56,309 nucleotides of DNA from an uncultured Gammaproteobacteria bacterium (GCA_964496095.1 CAZBWU010000006.1:1-56309); one strand, 5' to 3'. Positions 34,202-43,818 are shown, numbered from the stretch's first letter. Numbers and translations: made by a program. The notes: generated by a model from the sequence alone, not told the origin.

Positions 34202-34447
34202 TTATTTTGCAGCTTTATTAAGTTTCTTCATTAAGCGGGAAAGTTTGCGGGAAGCAGTATTCTTTTTGATAACGCCGGTTCTAGCTGCTTTGTCCAAAGC
34301 TTGTTGGGCAGATCTTAGCACATCAGTGGATTTACTCACTACAGCTTTTTTGAGCAAAGTCTTGTAGGTATCGCGACGTACTTTATTTAAAGCGGCGCGC
34401 TTTTTCATTTTGCGGAGTTCTTTTTTTGCACTTTGTTGATTAGGCAT
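34202..34447 (-). CDS. rpsT: 30S ribosomal protein S20
   Basis: MPNQQSAKKELR, LDKAARTGVIKKNTASRKLSRL. Confidence 0.96.
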   Translation of the reverse strand: MPNQQSAKKELRKMKKRAALNKVRRDTYKTLLKKAVVSKSTDVLRSAQQALDKAARTGVIKKNTASRKLSRLMKKLNKAAK

Positions 34448-34568
34448 AAAATTATTGAAGATTTATGAATAAAGAATTATGAATTAAGAAAAACGAGAGC
34501 TGAATTTTTTAATTCTAACCTCAATACAATACTACATTTTTTACTATAAGTCAAGCTTGATCCGTAGA

Positions 34569-36122
34569 TTAAGGTAAGGATACCAAATATATACCAGGAC
34601 GCCCTCCCCAACCAGCTTCTGTTATTTCTGTTAGATTTATAAGAGCCCACTTTTTTTGATTATCTACTAAAATAGAAAGAATAGCATAGGGTGTATTACC
34701 CGAAAAAATAGGGATTTTATTATACGTTAAGCCGGTGCAGAATACGACTTCGCTATTAGCAAATGTTGATGGTATGGTACTGCTCGGTGGTGTGCAGGTA
34801 AACCCTTGAGATAGTACTCCGTGTGGTATCGTAATATTTTGCCCTAGTTTTATAATGTCGCCTTCGTTAAGTGTTTCAGTCCTTATATTGAAATTATTTA
34901 CTGATTCGATATTTGTTAAAATATTTATATAGTCTGGTCCCTCTCTGTGAATAATAAAATTATTATTCACAATATTTATATCAGAGACGCCATACCCGGA
35001 TTTATCTTTAAATACGTTTAGAAACCAGTAGTAAAAGGGGCCAGTTTGTTTTTTCTCGATTATCTTTATGGCATTTGTCGTCGGACGTAACCAGTTAGTA
35101 GGGAGGTTAAAATTCTGAGCAGGCGGGATTGTAAACAATAAGATAATATAACTAACTAAGACTAATTTAAATCCAGGAAATTTAATACCAGGGTGATTTT
35201 TTTTACTATAAGTATATAATACTAGATTTATCAAACAGAATACAGCTACAATGGCGAACAGTATGCCAAATATCCACACTTCATACATAACATTATCAGT
35301 CAGATGTATGCCAGCTCCCAGCGCGGTTTTAGTATAAGTATCAATTTGTTCGCGCACTGATAAAAATTGCCAATACATTTGTGGGTAGAGATGTGGAATC
35401 ATAGAGCTGCTAATCAAGTACAGCTCCAGTGTGATAATTGTTGGAAAAGCAGCATACTTTCTTATTTTTGCCAATTGGGTGGGAGCGGTTTTTAGGCCAC
35501 GAATTAGTATGTATACAGCAAAACCAAGGGCTGTATAATTAACGCTTAGTGCCGCAATTGCATGACGAAAAAGTGGAAAATAAATACCGCCCCTTTCTGT
35601 TTGTTCAGCTATAAGCACAATGCTTAGAATGACAATAAATGGTAGGGCGGCAATAATACTAATAAGCCGAAGGCGTAGTGGTGCCATTGATTTTTTAAGA
35701 GCAAAGGCAATGGAAAATAGGTAGAAGATTAAAAAAAAGAGAAAAGGAATCACGATATAGAACACCCACGCTTCCCAACTGTTGGGGTCACCAGCTTGCT
35801 CACGAAAGAAGCTGGTTATAGAAAGAAAAAAATAACCAAGGCAAAGAACTGCGGCTACGCTACCTACTATCAGACTTTCAAAATGAAAAGATAGTAGCAG
35901 GTCAGGACGAAGCCATTTTATATATGCACGAGTTAATTGATTGCTATCACCTATATTGCAAAGCGCCTGTTCTTGAGCTCGTGTTGAATCAAATCCGTTT
36001 TGCATAATTTTCTCAGTATCATCTTCTAGGTGATTGTTAAGCTCTTCTTTAAAACGTTCTACATAAGACGAAGACGGTAATGCTTTTTCTAAGTCAGAGA
36101 AAAAATCTTTTTTATTAGTCAT
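34569..36122 (-). CDS. Polytopic membrane protein with N-terminal HAAS/permease-prefix domain
   Basis: EELNNHLED...AQEQALCNIGD, followed by multiple TM helices; 4 nt downstream of padR. Confidence 0.7.
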   Translation of the reverse strand: MTNKKDFFSDLEKALPSSSYVERFKEELNNHLEDDTEKIMQNGFDSTRAQEQALCNIGDSNQLTRAYIKWLRPDLLLSFHFESLIVGSVAAVLCLGYFFLSITSFFREQAGDPNSWEAWVFYIVIPFLFFLIFYLFSIAFALKKSMAPLRLRLISIIAALPFIVILSIVLIAEQTERGGIYFPLFRHAIAALSVNYTALGFAVYILIRGLKTAPTQLAKIRKYAAFPTIITLELYLISSSMIPHLYPQMYWQFLSVREQIDTYTKTALGAGIHLTDNVMYEVWIFGILFAIVAVFCLINLVLYTYSKKNHPGIKFPGFKLVLVSYIILLFTIPPAQNFNLPTNWLRPTTNAIKIIEKKQTGPFYYWFLNVFKDKSGYGVSDINIVNNNFIIHREGPDYINILTNIESVNNFNIRTETLNEGDIIKLGQNITIPHGVLSQGFTCTPPSSTIPSTFANSEVVFCTGLTYNKIPIFSGNTPYAILSILVDNQKKWALINLTEITEAGWGGRPGIYLVSLP

Positions 36123-36126
36123 AAAA

Positions 36127-36462
36127 TTAAACAGACAAATTTAATGCTCCTCTTACGCCTAAAAAGAATGACTTTAATTCTTGTTTGTTTTCTACTAACA
36201 ATTTTTTTCCTTTTGTAGTCAATGAATAATAACGACGGTTTTTTCCACTTGACGCCTGTTTAATGACGCTTTTGACTAAATCTTTATTTTCTAAACGGTA
36301 CAATAGAGGGTATAGTGTCCCTTCTTGCATCTCCAAGATGCCGCCCCCTTGTTCTTTGATGGCTTGCGCAAGTTGATATCCATACGCTTCGCCAAGTTGA
36401 TTAATGCTGTGGAGTACGATTGTTTCTGTAACTCCTTTCATAAGTTGTTTAGAAAATGGCAT
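36127..36462 (-). CDS. PadR-family transcriptional regulator
   Basis: YGYQLAQAI, EGTLYPLLYRLE, RRYYSLT.KG. Confidence 0.93.
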   Translation of the reverse strand: MPFSKQLMKGVTETIVLHSINQLGEAYGYQLAQAIKEQGGGILEMQEGTLYPLLYRLENKDLVKSVIKQASSGKNRRYYSLTTKGKKLLVENKQELKSFFLGVRGALNLSV

Positions 36463-36487
36463 ATTTTAAAATTAAATATTTAGTACA

Positions 36488-36506
36488 TACTATGTATAAC
36501 ATAGTA
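36488..36506. promoter_or_regulatory. Palindromic operator upstream of padR
   Basis: TACTATGT-ATA-ACATAGTA. Confidence 0.6.
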
Positions 36507-36589
36507 TAAGCAGATTTGTCAAATTTATTTTTTTTAAATAAAAAAGCCCGACTCAGCGGGCTAATTTAGAAGATATTTTTGGTTCAATT

Positions 36590-37660
36590 TTATTCTTCTG
36601 AATCCGGCTTATCAATCAAAATTTGTTCAAAGTCCATAGCGTTGCCCGTAATTCGCATGACATCTTTATCAATTTTCTTAAATTCTTTGCTCGAACTATT
36701 ATAATGATTGACCACCGTGCCTAGAGATGAGCCTAGTTTTTCGTGGTATTCTTCGTATTTTTTTAGATGCGTGCCGATTTCCCCTACTCGTTTAATAATA
36801 TCTTTGGTTGTCTCTTCTATCTGCATCGCTTTGAGACCTTGTAAGACTGTTTGTAGATAGGCCAGGAAAGAAGTCGGTGAAACGATGATTACTTTGTATT
36901 TTCCAGCCGCGCGCTGGATAAGGTTCTCGGTGTCTTCGGTGATGGCGCCGATTTTGTTTATTAGCAGATCATAATAGATTGCCTCGTGTGGAATAAACAT
37001 AAAGGCAAATTCCATCGTGCCTTCTTCAGGACGGATATATTTGGCAGTCTCGGTAATACGTAATTTGAGATCGTTTACAAAAAGTTTTTCTAAGCGAGCT
37101 TTTTCAGTTGGGTCACTAATTTCCACCATGCGATTATAATTCTCCAGAGAAAATTTGGAATCAACCGGAATAATTTTATCTTTGACAAATACGACTGCGT
37201 CCACAATCTCGCCATTCTTAAATCCATACTGCATTTGGTATTGGCTTGGCGCTAAGACATTTTTGAGCAGTGTTTCCAAGTAATATTCGCCCAAAATACC
37301 TCTTTGTTTTGGGTTCTTGAGGATGTCTTGCAGGTTTTGCAACTGGTCGGTAAAACTCACAACTTGGCGATTGGTTTCATCTAGTTTAGCGAGACGTTCG
37401 GTGACATCAGTAATTATTTTCATGCTTTGGCCAAATTGAGACTGGATGGTTTTGTTTAGGTTTGTCTGAGTGTCGGTCATCACTCGGTGCGTGTCAGTGA
37501 TTTTTTGTTCTACCAATCGGTTGAGGTCTTGGATTTGGTTTTGAAGCATGAGAAAAAGGTTTTGTTCCCCTTCTTTTGGTTTGTCATCCTTCTTTTTTAA
37601 TAGAATAAAAATAGCTACGGCCAGGCCAAGTACAATGAGAATAAGTAAAGCATTTTGCAT
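36590..37660 (-). CDS. rmuC: DNA recombination protein RmuC
   Basis: NPKQRGILGE, IPVDSKF, FAFMFIPHE, VSPTSF; ATG 37660 preferred because the track start at 37675 comes from a repeat terminus. Confidence 0.93.
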   Translation of the reverse strand: MQNALLILIVLGLAVAIFILLKKKDDKPKEGEQNLFLMLQNQIQDLNRLVEQKITDTHRVMTDTQTNLNKTIQSQFGQSMKIITDVTERLAKLDETNRQVVSFTDQLQNLQDILKNPKQRGILGEYYLETLLKNVLAPSQYQMQYGFKNGEIVDAVVFVKDKIIPVDSKFSLENYNRMVEISDPTEKARLEKLFVNDLKLRITETAKYIRPEEGTMEFAFMFIPHEAIYYDLLINKIGAITEDTENLIQRAAGKYKVIIVSPTSFLAYLQTVLQGLKAMQIEETTKDIIKRVGEIGTHLKKYEEYHEKLGSSLGTVVNHYNSSSKEFKKIDKDVMRITGNAMDFEQILIDKPDSEE

Positions 37661-37669
37661 ATTTTTAGT

Positions 37670-37703
37670 TGTCATTCTGACGACAAAGGAAGAATCCTTG
37701 TCT
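37670..37703. repeat. Truncated TGTCAT-family element (left arm)
   Basis: TGTCATTCTGACGACAAAGGAAGAATCCTTGTC. Confidence 0.6.
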
Positions 37704-37794
37704 AGTCGGGTTAATTGTAATCTTAATTTTAGAAAATATCAACCTGGAGTTTTACATTGCCAAAACAAAATTTTTCATATATGATTTCATTAAT

Positions 37795-37866
37795 GTCCCC
37801 ATAGTTCAACGGATAGAACAGGCCCGTCCTAAGGGCAAGATGTGTGTTCAATTCATGCTGGGGGCA
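37795..37866 (+). tRNA. tRNA-Arg(CCT)
   Basis: GTCCCCA/TGGGGGC acceptor, GCCC-GTCCTAA-GGGC anticodon arm, GTGTG-TTCAATT-CATGC T-arm. Confidence 0.88.
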
Positions 37867-37910
37867 CAAAGCTCAGCGTTGTGGTTGGCCCCGCTAAGCG
37901 GGGTCACGTC

Positions 37911-37981
37911 GGGCCTGTATTACAGTGGTAGTATAGGGCATTCGCATTGCTCAGACGCGAGTCCGATTCTCGCCAGGTCCA
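37911..37981 (+). tRNA. tRNA-Ala(CGC)
   Basis: GGGCCTG/CAGGTCC-A with the G3:U70 Ala identity pair; GGGCA-TTCGCAT-TGCTC anticodon arm. Confidence 0.88.
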
Positions 37982-38031
37982 CAAGTTTATTTTTTCTAAG
38001 GCACTCTGATTTTAGATTATATCAATAAAAT

Positions 38032-39732
38032 ATGATTCGTTTCGTCCAAAGTACGACCGTTAGTAGTGGGCAATACATTTCTTCCAGTTCGGGGGAGACT
38101 GGATTTTCAGAGTTTGGTCGTAAGCAGTTAATAAATATTAACGATATACAAAAACTAGAGCTTACTCTAAATTTTTTTAAGGGAGTATTAACATCTGTTT
38201 GGTTTTGGGTGGGGTTTGCTCTACTTGTATCTATCTTTGTCTTTAAGAGTGAAATTTCTGCTTTTATAAAAAGATTAAAACAATTCAAAACAACAGGGTT
38301 TGAGATAAATGCTGAAAACGGAGAAGAGAAGAAGGAAGAACCTCCAAAAGATGAAGAGCTTGCAAAAGAAGAGGTGAAAGAAGAAGAGCAAGCCGGGACT
38401 CAAAAGGTAGAGGAGCCTAAAACGCTCGAAGAATGGCGGAGGGAAATGGTTTTTTCTACACTTGTTAAAAACCAAACACGAGCAGATGAGGGATTTAAAA
38501 AGACGCAAGAGTTGAACACGGATCCAGTGTCTCGAAAGAAAGATGAGCTACTTTATTTAAAATTGTCTCATACTGCAGGCAAAACAGATGCTCTTCAGAG
38601 AATTAAGATTTTTTTGACTGATTCAGAGGTTGAATATGAAGCAAACATCGCGCTTGGTTTTTGTTATGCCAATTCTGAAGATTTTGAGAATTCTGCAAAA
38701 TTTTATACACAAGCATTAGAAAAAGCGAAAGAAGAAGAACAAAAGACCAGTGCGGCCTCACAACTCTCTTCCTCGTTCTATAGAGATAATAAAAAAGAAA
38801 ACGCGATCAAAGTATTAAGCGATGTTCTTACAATTGCCACAAATGATTCTAATAAAGTTAGGCTCTATGAGAGCTTGGCGGATATATACGAAAAGGAGAA
38901 TGATCATGAAAATAGGGCTTTCGTTCTTGATAAGGCCGTTGAATTAAAACCAAATGACACAGGTTTAATTTTTAAAGTTGGTTATTCCTATGCGGAAAGT
39001 GAATTTGATGAACTGTCACTCTTACATTATAAAAATGCGCGAGACATTAACCCTGATCATGAATTTGTCCAAAATAATTTAGGTGTTCAATACGACAACT
39101 TAAAAATGCCCATTAAATCAATACTAAGTTATAAAAAAGCCGAGAAGCTTGGCAATACATTGGCGAGCGCGAATCTTGCTTACCGCTTGATGAACGCAGG
39201 GTTTGTAGAGGAAGCTAAATCAATACTTGGTATTGCAGCCTCCAAGGAAGATGCTCACCCGAATGTAAGTTCTGCATTATCCGATCTTCCCAAAAGAAGC
39301 GAGGCAGAGGATGAGGTAGAAAAAGGAAAAATTAAATTAGCGCTAAATTTAAGAAAATTTTTTTTGGGTTTTACAGAAGCAAAATTTATTAAGAGTAATA
39401 TTTTGAACAATGTTAGTGGAGAATGGAAGGTGGAGGCTGGTTCTATTTTTCAACTTTCTATATCTGAAAGCAAAATTACTGGAACATGGAAAGAAAAGCT
39501 GATTTCTTTTGAATATGACTGGAAATTTGAAGGGGAAATAACAAATAACAGCTCAGTTTTAACAATTTATGAAAAGGAGTATAGTTTTGCGAAAAGTGAG
39601 TATGAATACAAAAAGAAAGGTAGAGGGTTTCTTTTTTGCTCAACAGATGGTAGTTCAGTTAAATTTATTAGAATTGACGATTCTTTCAAATCAAAGCAGA
39701 TTTATGTTTTGATCCGGAACCTTGTTGGATAA
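38032..39732 (+). CDS. Membrane-anchored TPR-repeat protein
   Basis: One TM helix, acidic linker, TPR-like helical repeats, beta-rich C-terminus; start uncertain. Confidence 0.7.
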   Translation: MIRFVQSTTVSSGQYISSSSGETGFSEFGRKQLININDIQKLELTLNFFKGVLTSVWFWVGFALLVSIFVFKSEISAFIKRLKQFKTTGFEINAENGEEKKEEPPKDEELAKEEVKEEEQAGTQKVEEPKTLEEWRREMVFSTLVKNQTRADEGFKKTQELNTDPVSRKKDELLYLKLSHTAGKTDALQRIKIFLTDSEVEYEANIALGFCYANSEDFENSAKFYTQALEKAKEEEQKTSAASQLSSSFYRDNKKENAIKVLSDVLTIATNDSNKVRLYESLADIYEKENDHENRAFVLDKAVELKPNDTGLIFKVGYSYAESEFDELSLLHYKNARDINPDHEFVQNNLGVQYDNLKMPIKSILSYKKAEKLGNTLASANLAYRLMNAGFVEEAKSILGIAASKEDAHPNVSSALSDLPKRSEAEDEVEKGKIKLALNLRKFFLGFTEAKFIKSNILNNVSGEWKVEAGSIFQLSISESKITGTWKEKLISFEYDWKFEGEITNNSSVLTIYEKEYSFAKSEYEYKKKGRGFLFCSTDGSSVKFIRIDDSFKSKQIYVLIRNLVG

Positions 39733-39840
39733 ATACAGCTCGCCTTTTTTAAATTATTAAAGGTGGTCAGATTTCCTTTAAAATAATTTCGTACAAATTT
39801 TTGAAAATTTTAATACTTTATTTATTAATAAAAAATTTAT

Positions 39841-40278
39841 ATGTCTAGAACCAGCACCTACCTGAATTTTCCTCGCAACACAGAAGAAGCATTCAATTTT
39901 TATAAATCAGTTTTTGGTGGAGAATTTGTTGGTGGCATCAATCGTATGGGCGATGTGCCAACTCAAGAAGGTCAGCCGCCTTTGGCTGAGTCTGACAAAA
40001 ATCTGGTTATGCATGTTGCCTTGCCAATCCTCGGCGGGCATATGCTCATGGGAACCGACGCACCAGAATCAATGGGGTTCAAAGTAAATATGGGAAACAA
40101 TATGTATATCAATCTTGAGCCTGATACCAAAGAGGAGGCGGAACAATTATTTACCGCCATTTCCGCGGGAGGTAAGGTAGAAATGCCATTACAAAAGATG
40201 TTTTGGGGTGCATATTATGGATCTTGTACTGATAAATTCGGCGTACAATGGATGGTTAATTGTGCTAGTAAGGAGTAA
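39841..40278 (+). CDS. VOC/PhnB-like glyoxalase-family protein
   Basis: AFNFYKSVFGG, VMHVAL, MPLQKMFWGAYYG...DKFGVQWM. Confidence 0.9.
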   Translation: MSRTSTYLNFPRNTEEAFNFYKSVFGGEFVGGINRMGDVPTQEGQPPLAESDKNLVMHVALPILGGHMLMGTDAPESMGFKVNMGNNMYINLEPDTKEEAEQLFTAISAGGKVEMPLQKMFWGAYYGSCTDKFGVQWMVNCASKE

Positions 40279-40296
40279 TTTCTATATAAATTTTAT

Positions 40297-41178
40297 ATGC
40301 AAAATATTGTTCCACATTTATGGTTTGATAAAGAAGCCAAAGAAGCTACGGCTTTTTATACAACTTTGTTTTCAAATTCAAAAATAAAGAACATAAGTAC
40401 TATCAATGGCACACCTTCTGGGGATTGTGATATTGTAAATTTTAATTTGGCCGGCCAAGATTTTATGGCCATTAGCGCCGGGCCATACTTCAAATTTAAT
40501 CCAGCAGTTTCACTTTTTGTGGTTTTTGATTCCGAAGCAGAGATAGAGGTGACATGGAATAAGCTTATTGAGGGAGGCAAGGCGCTTATGCCATTTGATA
40601 CATATCCATGGGCAAATAAGTACGGTTGGTTGCAAGACAAATATGGCTTGTCATGGCAACTATCAATGAGCGAACATCATCAGATGGAGCAGAAAATTAC
40701 CCCTTTGTTTATGTTTACCCAAGACAAAGCTGGTAAAGCCAAAGAAGCGGTTGAGTATTACACTAGCGTGTTTCCGGAGTCTAAGGTAGAAATGCTCGTG
40801 CCATATGAAAAAGGTGAAGGCGACGTAGAAGGTTATATCAAACATTCTCGGTTTAACTTGGGCGGGCAAGGTTTTATGGCTATGGATAGTTCCGGACCAC
40901 ACGAATTTGTATTTAACGAAGCTGTTTCTTTTATAATCAATTGTGAAACTCAGGAAGAGATAGATTATTATTGGGACAAACTTTCAGCCGTGGCTGAAGC
41001 CGAACAGTGCGGTTGGTGTAAAGATAAATTCGGCGTGTCTTGGCAGGTAGTGCCAACGGCCATGAATGAGATGATGAAAAGTGGTGATAAGGAAAAAATT
41101 AACCGAGTCACACAAGCTTTTCTCAAAATGAAGAAGTTTGATATTGAGGCTCTGAAGACTACTTATGAAGGGAAATAA
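40297..41178 (+). CDS. Tandem VOC (3-demethylubiquinone-9 methyltransferase-like) protein
   Basis: Two repeats ending in GWLQDKYGLSWQ and GWCKDKFGVSWQ. Confidence 0.9.
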   Translation: MQNIVPHLWFDKEAKEATAFYTTLFSNSKIKNISTINGTPSGDCDIVNFNLAGQDFMAISAGPYFKFNPAVSLFVVFDSEAEIEVTWNKLIEGGKALMPFDTYPWANKYGWLQDKYGLSWQLSMSEHHQMEQKITPLFMFTQDKAGKAKEAVEYYTSVFPESKVEMLVPYEKGEGDVEGYIKHSRFNLGGQGFMAMDSSGPHEFVFNEAVSFIINCETQEEIDYYWDKLSAVAEAEQCGWCKDKFGVSWQVVPTAMNEMMKSGDKEKINRVTQAFLKMKKFDIEALKTTYEGK

Positions 41179-41187
41179 AATTAAATT

Positions 41188-42120
41188 ATGAAACCAATTC
41201 TCGTCACTTGTTATGTAAATCCCGATCTTGATGGTCTGGCCGGGGCCGTTGCTTATAGTGAATTTTTACAAAAGACAGGTAAAAGTGCCGTATCAGGAAT
41301 TATTGGAGAACCGCACGATGAAGCAAAATATATTTTGGATCGTTTTGGTATTGCTTATCCAGCGATGATCCCAGATGCCGACGATTTTGATGAAGTAATA
41401 CTTGTAGATGCCAGCGACCTCAATGGGCTTGAGGGAAAAATCGGAGCAGAAAAAGTGATTGAAATTATTGATCATCGCAAGATTCATGAAGCCGATAAAT
41501 TTCCAAACGCAAAAGTGCAAATAGAACTAGTAGGTTCAGCTGCCACACTAGTTGCTGAAAAATTTATGAAGAATAATTTGGGTATTTCTAAAGAATCAGC
41601 CATATTAGTTTATGGAGCCATATTATCAAATACCCTTAATTTTAAAGGTACAATCACTACTGACCGCGATAGAGAAGCAGCTCTTTGGCTCAATAAAGTC
41701 GCGCAACTCTCAGAAGATTTTTGGAAAGAATTATTTATTGCTAAGTCGGATTTATCTGGTGGAAAATTAGTTCAAAGAATTGACGGTGATTTTGCTTGGT
41801 TTGTGATGGGAAATAAAAAATTAGGTATTGCTCAAATCGAAATGATTGGCGCCCAGAAACTTGTTGAAGAGAGAAATGAAGAAATCGTGCAAGAGCTGGA
41901 AAAGATTAAAAAAGAAATGGGTTTAGATTTTATTTTTCAAAACACAATTGAACTTGAAGGTGTTAAAAACTTTTTTGTTACTTCTGATTTTAAAACTCAA
42001 AAACTTTTAGAAAAAATGCTAAGTGTAAAATTTTCTGGCGTTGTAGCCGAACGACCAAACCTAATCATGAGAAAACAGATAGTGCCGTTGCTGAAGGATG
42101 AGTTGGAAAAAATAATCTAA
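41188..42120 (+). CDS. DHH/DHHA2-family (PpaC-like) Mn-dependent inorganic pyrophosphatase
   Basis: NPDLDG, ILVD, IIDHR (variant DHH), GSAATL, LGIAQIE. Confidence 0.8.
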   Translation: MKPILVTCYVNPDLDGLAGAVAYSEFLQKTGKSAVSGIIGEPHDEAKYILDRFGIAYPAMIPDADDFDEVILVDASDLNGLEGKIGAEKVIEIIDHRKIHEADKFPNAKVQIELVGSAATLVAEKFMKNNLGISKESAILVYGAILSNTLNFKGTITTDRDREAALWLNKVAQLSEDFWKELFIAKSDLSGGKLVQRIDGDFAWFVMGNKKLGIAQIEMIGAQKLVEERNEEIVQELEKIKKEMGLDFIFQNTIELEGVKNFFVTSDFKTQKLLEKMLSVKFSGVVAERPNLIMRKQIVPLLKDELEKII

Positions 42121-42126
42121 CCTTAC

Positions 42127-42450
42127 ATGTCCACCTCACAGTCAACAATGGATTACATTTTGGATCAACTATCCCCACTCCGGGATGTTTTGGCACGGAA
42201 AATGTTTGGCGAGTATGCTGTGTATTATGAGGGTAAAGTTGTAGGTTTGGTGTGTGATAATAAGTTATATATAAAGATAACAGAGCCGGGAAAAGAGTTT
42301 GTGGACGAATTTTATCAAGAAGGTTTTGCCTATCCAGGTGCTAAAGTGTCTATGTTTATTCACGAAGAAAGGATTGAGGATAGTGGGTGGTTAAGCGAAT
42401 TGGTGCGGATTACTGCTGAGAGTTTACCAATTCCAAAGAAGAAAAAATAA
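42127..42450 (+). CDS. TfoX/Sxy N-terminal domain protein
   Basis: RKMFGEYAVY..GKVVGLVCDNKLYIK. Confidence 0.88.
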   Translation: MSTSQSTMDYILDQLSPLRDVLARKMFGEYAVYYEGKVVGLVCDNKLYIKITEPGKEFVDEFYQEGFAYPGAKVSMFIHEERIEDSGWLSELVRITAESLPIPKKKK

Positions 42451-42460
42451 TATTTAAACT

Positions 42461-42997
42461 ATGAATTTTCAATTTAAAAATATTTTTAAATGGTTATTGG
42501 TGGTATCTGGCGTCTTAACCTTGATTTTATTTATTATTCTCACTATTACTGGAGCTATCACCGAGCCTATTCATAGTACCCTGTTATCAAAGTGTGTTGG
42601 CCGTCGATTATTTGGCTCTTGTATAACTTATGCAGATTTTTATAAACTATTTTTAGTTGCACTGTATTCGTTCGTAAGTATTCTAATAGTTAAAATTCCT
42701 GTATTATATTTGTTTGGTTTTAAAAGCAAAAGAAAAATATTATTAGCAATCAGCGCCGTTGCTTTATCTACACTTTTTTTTCATTTTGCAAGATTTGTTT
42801 TTGATGGCGTCAATAGTTTGGTGGCCTTGCTCCTGACTATAATTTTTGAAAGTCTGTTTCTAATTTCTCGATTAAAAACGGAATTGAGGGGAGAAACAAT
42901 AATTTTAGCAGTAAGTGTAGCTAGTCTGGCTTTATTTTTTTTAAGGAGTATTTGGGGAGAGTTTCCATTATTTTCACTGCCGTTCATTTCATATTAG
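42461..42997 (+). CDS. Hypothetical polytopic membrane protein
   Basis: About five hydrophobic segments. Confidence 0.6.
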   Translation: MNFQFKNIFKWLLVVSGVLTLILFIILTITGAITEPIHSTLLSKCVGRRLFGSCITYADFYKLFLVALYSFVSILIVKIPVLYLFGFKSKRKILLAISAVALSTLFFHFARFVFDGVNSLVALLLTIIFESLFLISRLKTELRGETIILAVSVASLALFFLRSIWGEFPLFSLPFISY

Positions 42998-43038
42998 TCT
43001 GGGTTTAAAAGCTAGGAGTATATAAACAAGTCATTATC

Positions 43039-43055
43039 TACTACACTATGTAGTA
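43039..43055. promoter_or_regulatory. BlaI-type operator (distal)
   Basis: ATC-TACTAC-ACTAT-GTAGTA-GAT upstream of the nucleoside deoxyribosyltransferase gene. Confidence 0.65.
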
Positions 43056-43079
43056 GATAATTTATATCCTTAAAGATTT

Positions 43080-43487
43080 ATGAAAATATATTTCGCCGGA
43101 TCCATTAGGGGTGGGCGTCAAGATAAGGATCTCTATGCTCAAATAATTCCCCTTTTGGAAAAATTTGGCATTGTTTTAACTGAGCATATTGGTAATAGTG
43201 GCCTAACAAACATTGGTGAGGATTTACCAAGTGGTTTTATCTATAATAGAGATATGGGTTGGCTCAAAGAGTCAGATGTTGTAGTGGCTGAAGTGACTCA
43301 ACCGAGCTTAGGTGTTGGTTATGAGGTAGCTAGCGCCGAAATTATGGGCAAAAAAATACTTTGTATATATAGAAATGGCGAAAAACTGTCCGCTATGATT
43401 GGTGGTAATATGAATATATTAAAGAAGAGCTACGCTTCTTTTGCAGAACTAGTCACAATTTTTGACGAATTTTTTAGTATTAAATAA
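43080..43487 (+). CDS. Nucleoside 2-deoxyribosyltransferase / DNPH1-like N-hydrolase
   Basis: KIYFAGSIRGGR, SDVVVAEVT.PSLGVGYE. Confidence 0.88.
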   Translation: MKIYFAGSIRGGRQDKDLYAQIIPLLEKFGIVLTEHIGNSGLTNIGEDLPSGFIYNRDMGWLKESDVVVAEVTQPSLGVGYEVASAEIMGKKILCIYRNGEKLSAMIGGNMNILKKSYASFAELVTIFDEFFSIK

Positions 43488-43498
43488 GTTTGAATAGC

Positions 43499-43528
43499 AA
43501 AAAAAGAGCCAATTGGGGCTCTTTTTTT
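43499..43528. terminator. Intrinsic terminator
   Basis: A-run GAGCC-AATTGG-GGCTC T-run. Confidence 0.75.
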
Positions 43529-43581
43529 AATTGTTTATATTTAGAACCTTATTTACCCAGTTAATATATGCCAGTAGCCAT

Positions 43582-43649
43582 TTTCACTCCCGTCAAAGTG
43601 GATATCTAGAAAATTGATCGGGGGATACCCAGTCAGGTCGGGAATGACA
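43582..43649. repeat. Degenerate dRS3-like TGTCAT-family element
   Basis: TTTCACTCCCGTCAAAGTGGATATCTAG...GTCGGGAATGACA aligns with the inner element at 7815-7887. Confidence 0.6.
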
Positions 43650-43671
43650 AGGAGTGTATTATGAAGGCATA

Positions 43672-43818
43672 TCTGTGCACAAACCTGTGTACAAGTAGGT
43701 GGATATGGGGACAATTGTATACATTAGTGTATACAAATCTATCCACTTTATACATTTTTTAGTTGATAAACTAGCCAAATTGGTGGTATTTGACCCATTT
43801 TTATGTTATTGATAAGAT
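43672..43818 (+). promoter_or_regulatory. Second palindrome/DnaA-box-like cluster plus promoter
   Basis: AAGTAGGTGGATA, GGGGACAA, TTGTATACATTAGTGTATACAA (43715), then TTGACC-17nt-TAAGAT (43790-43818). Confidence 0.55.
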
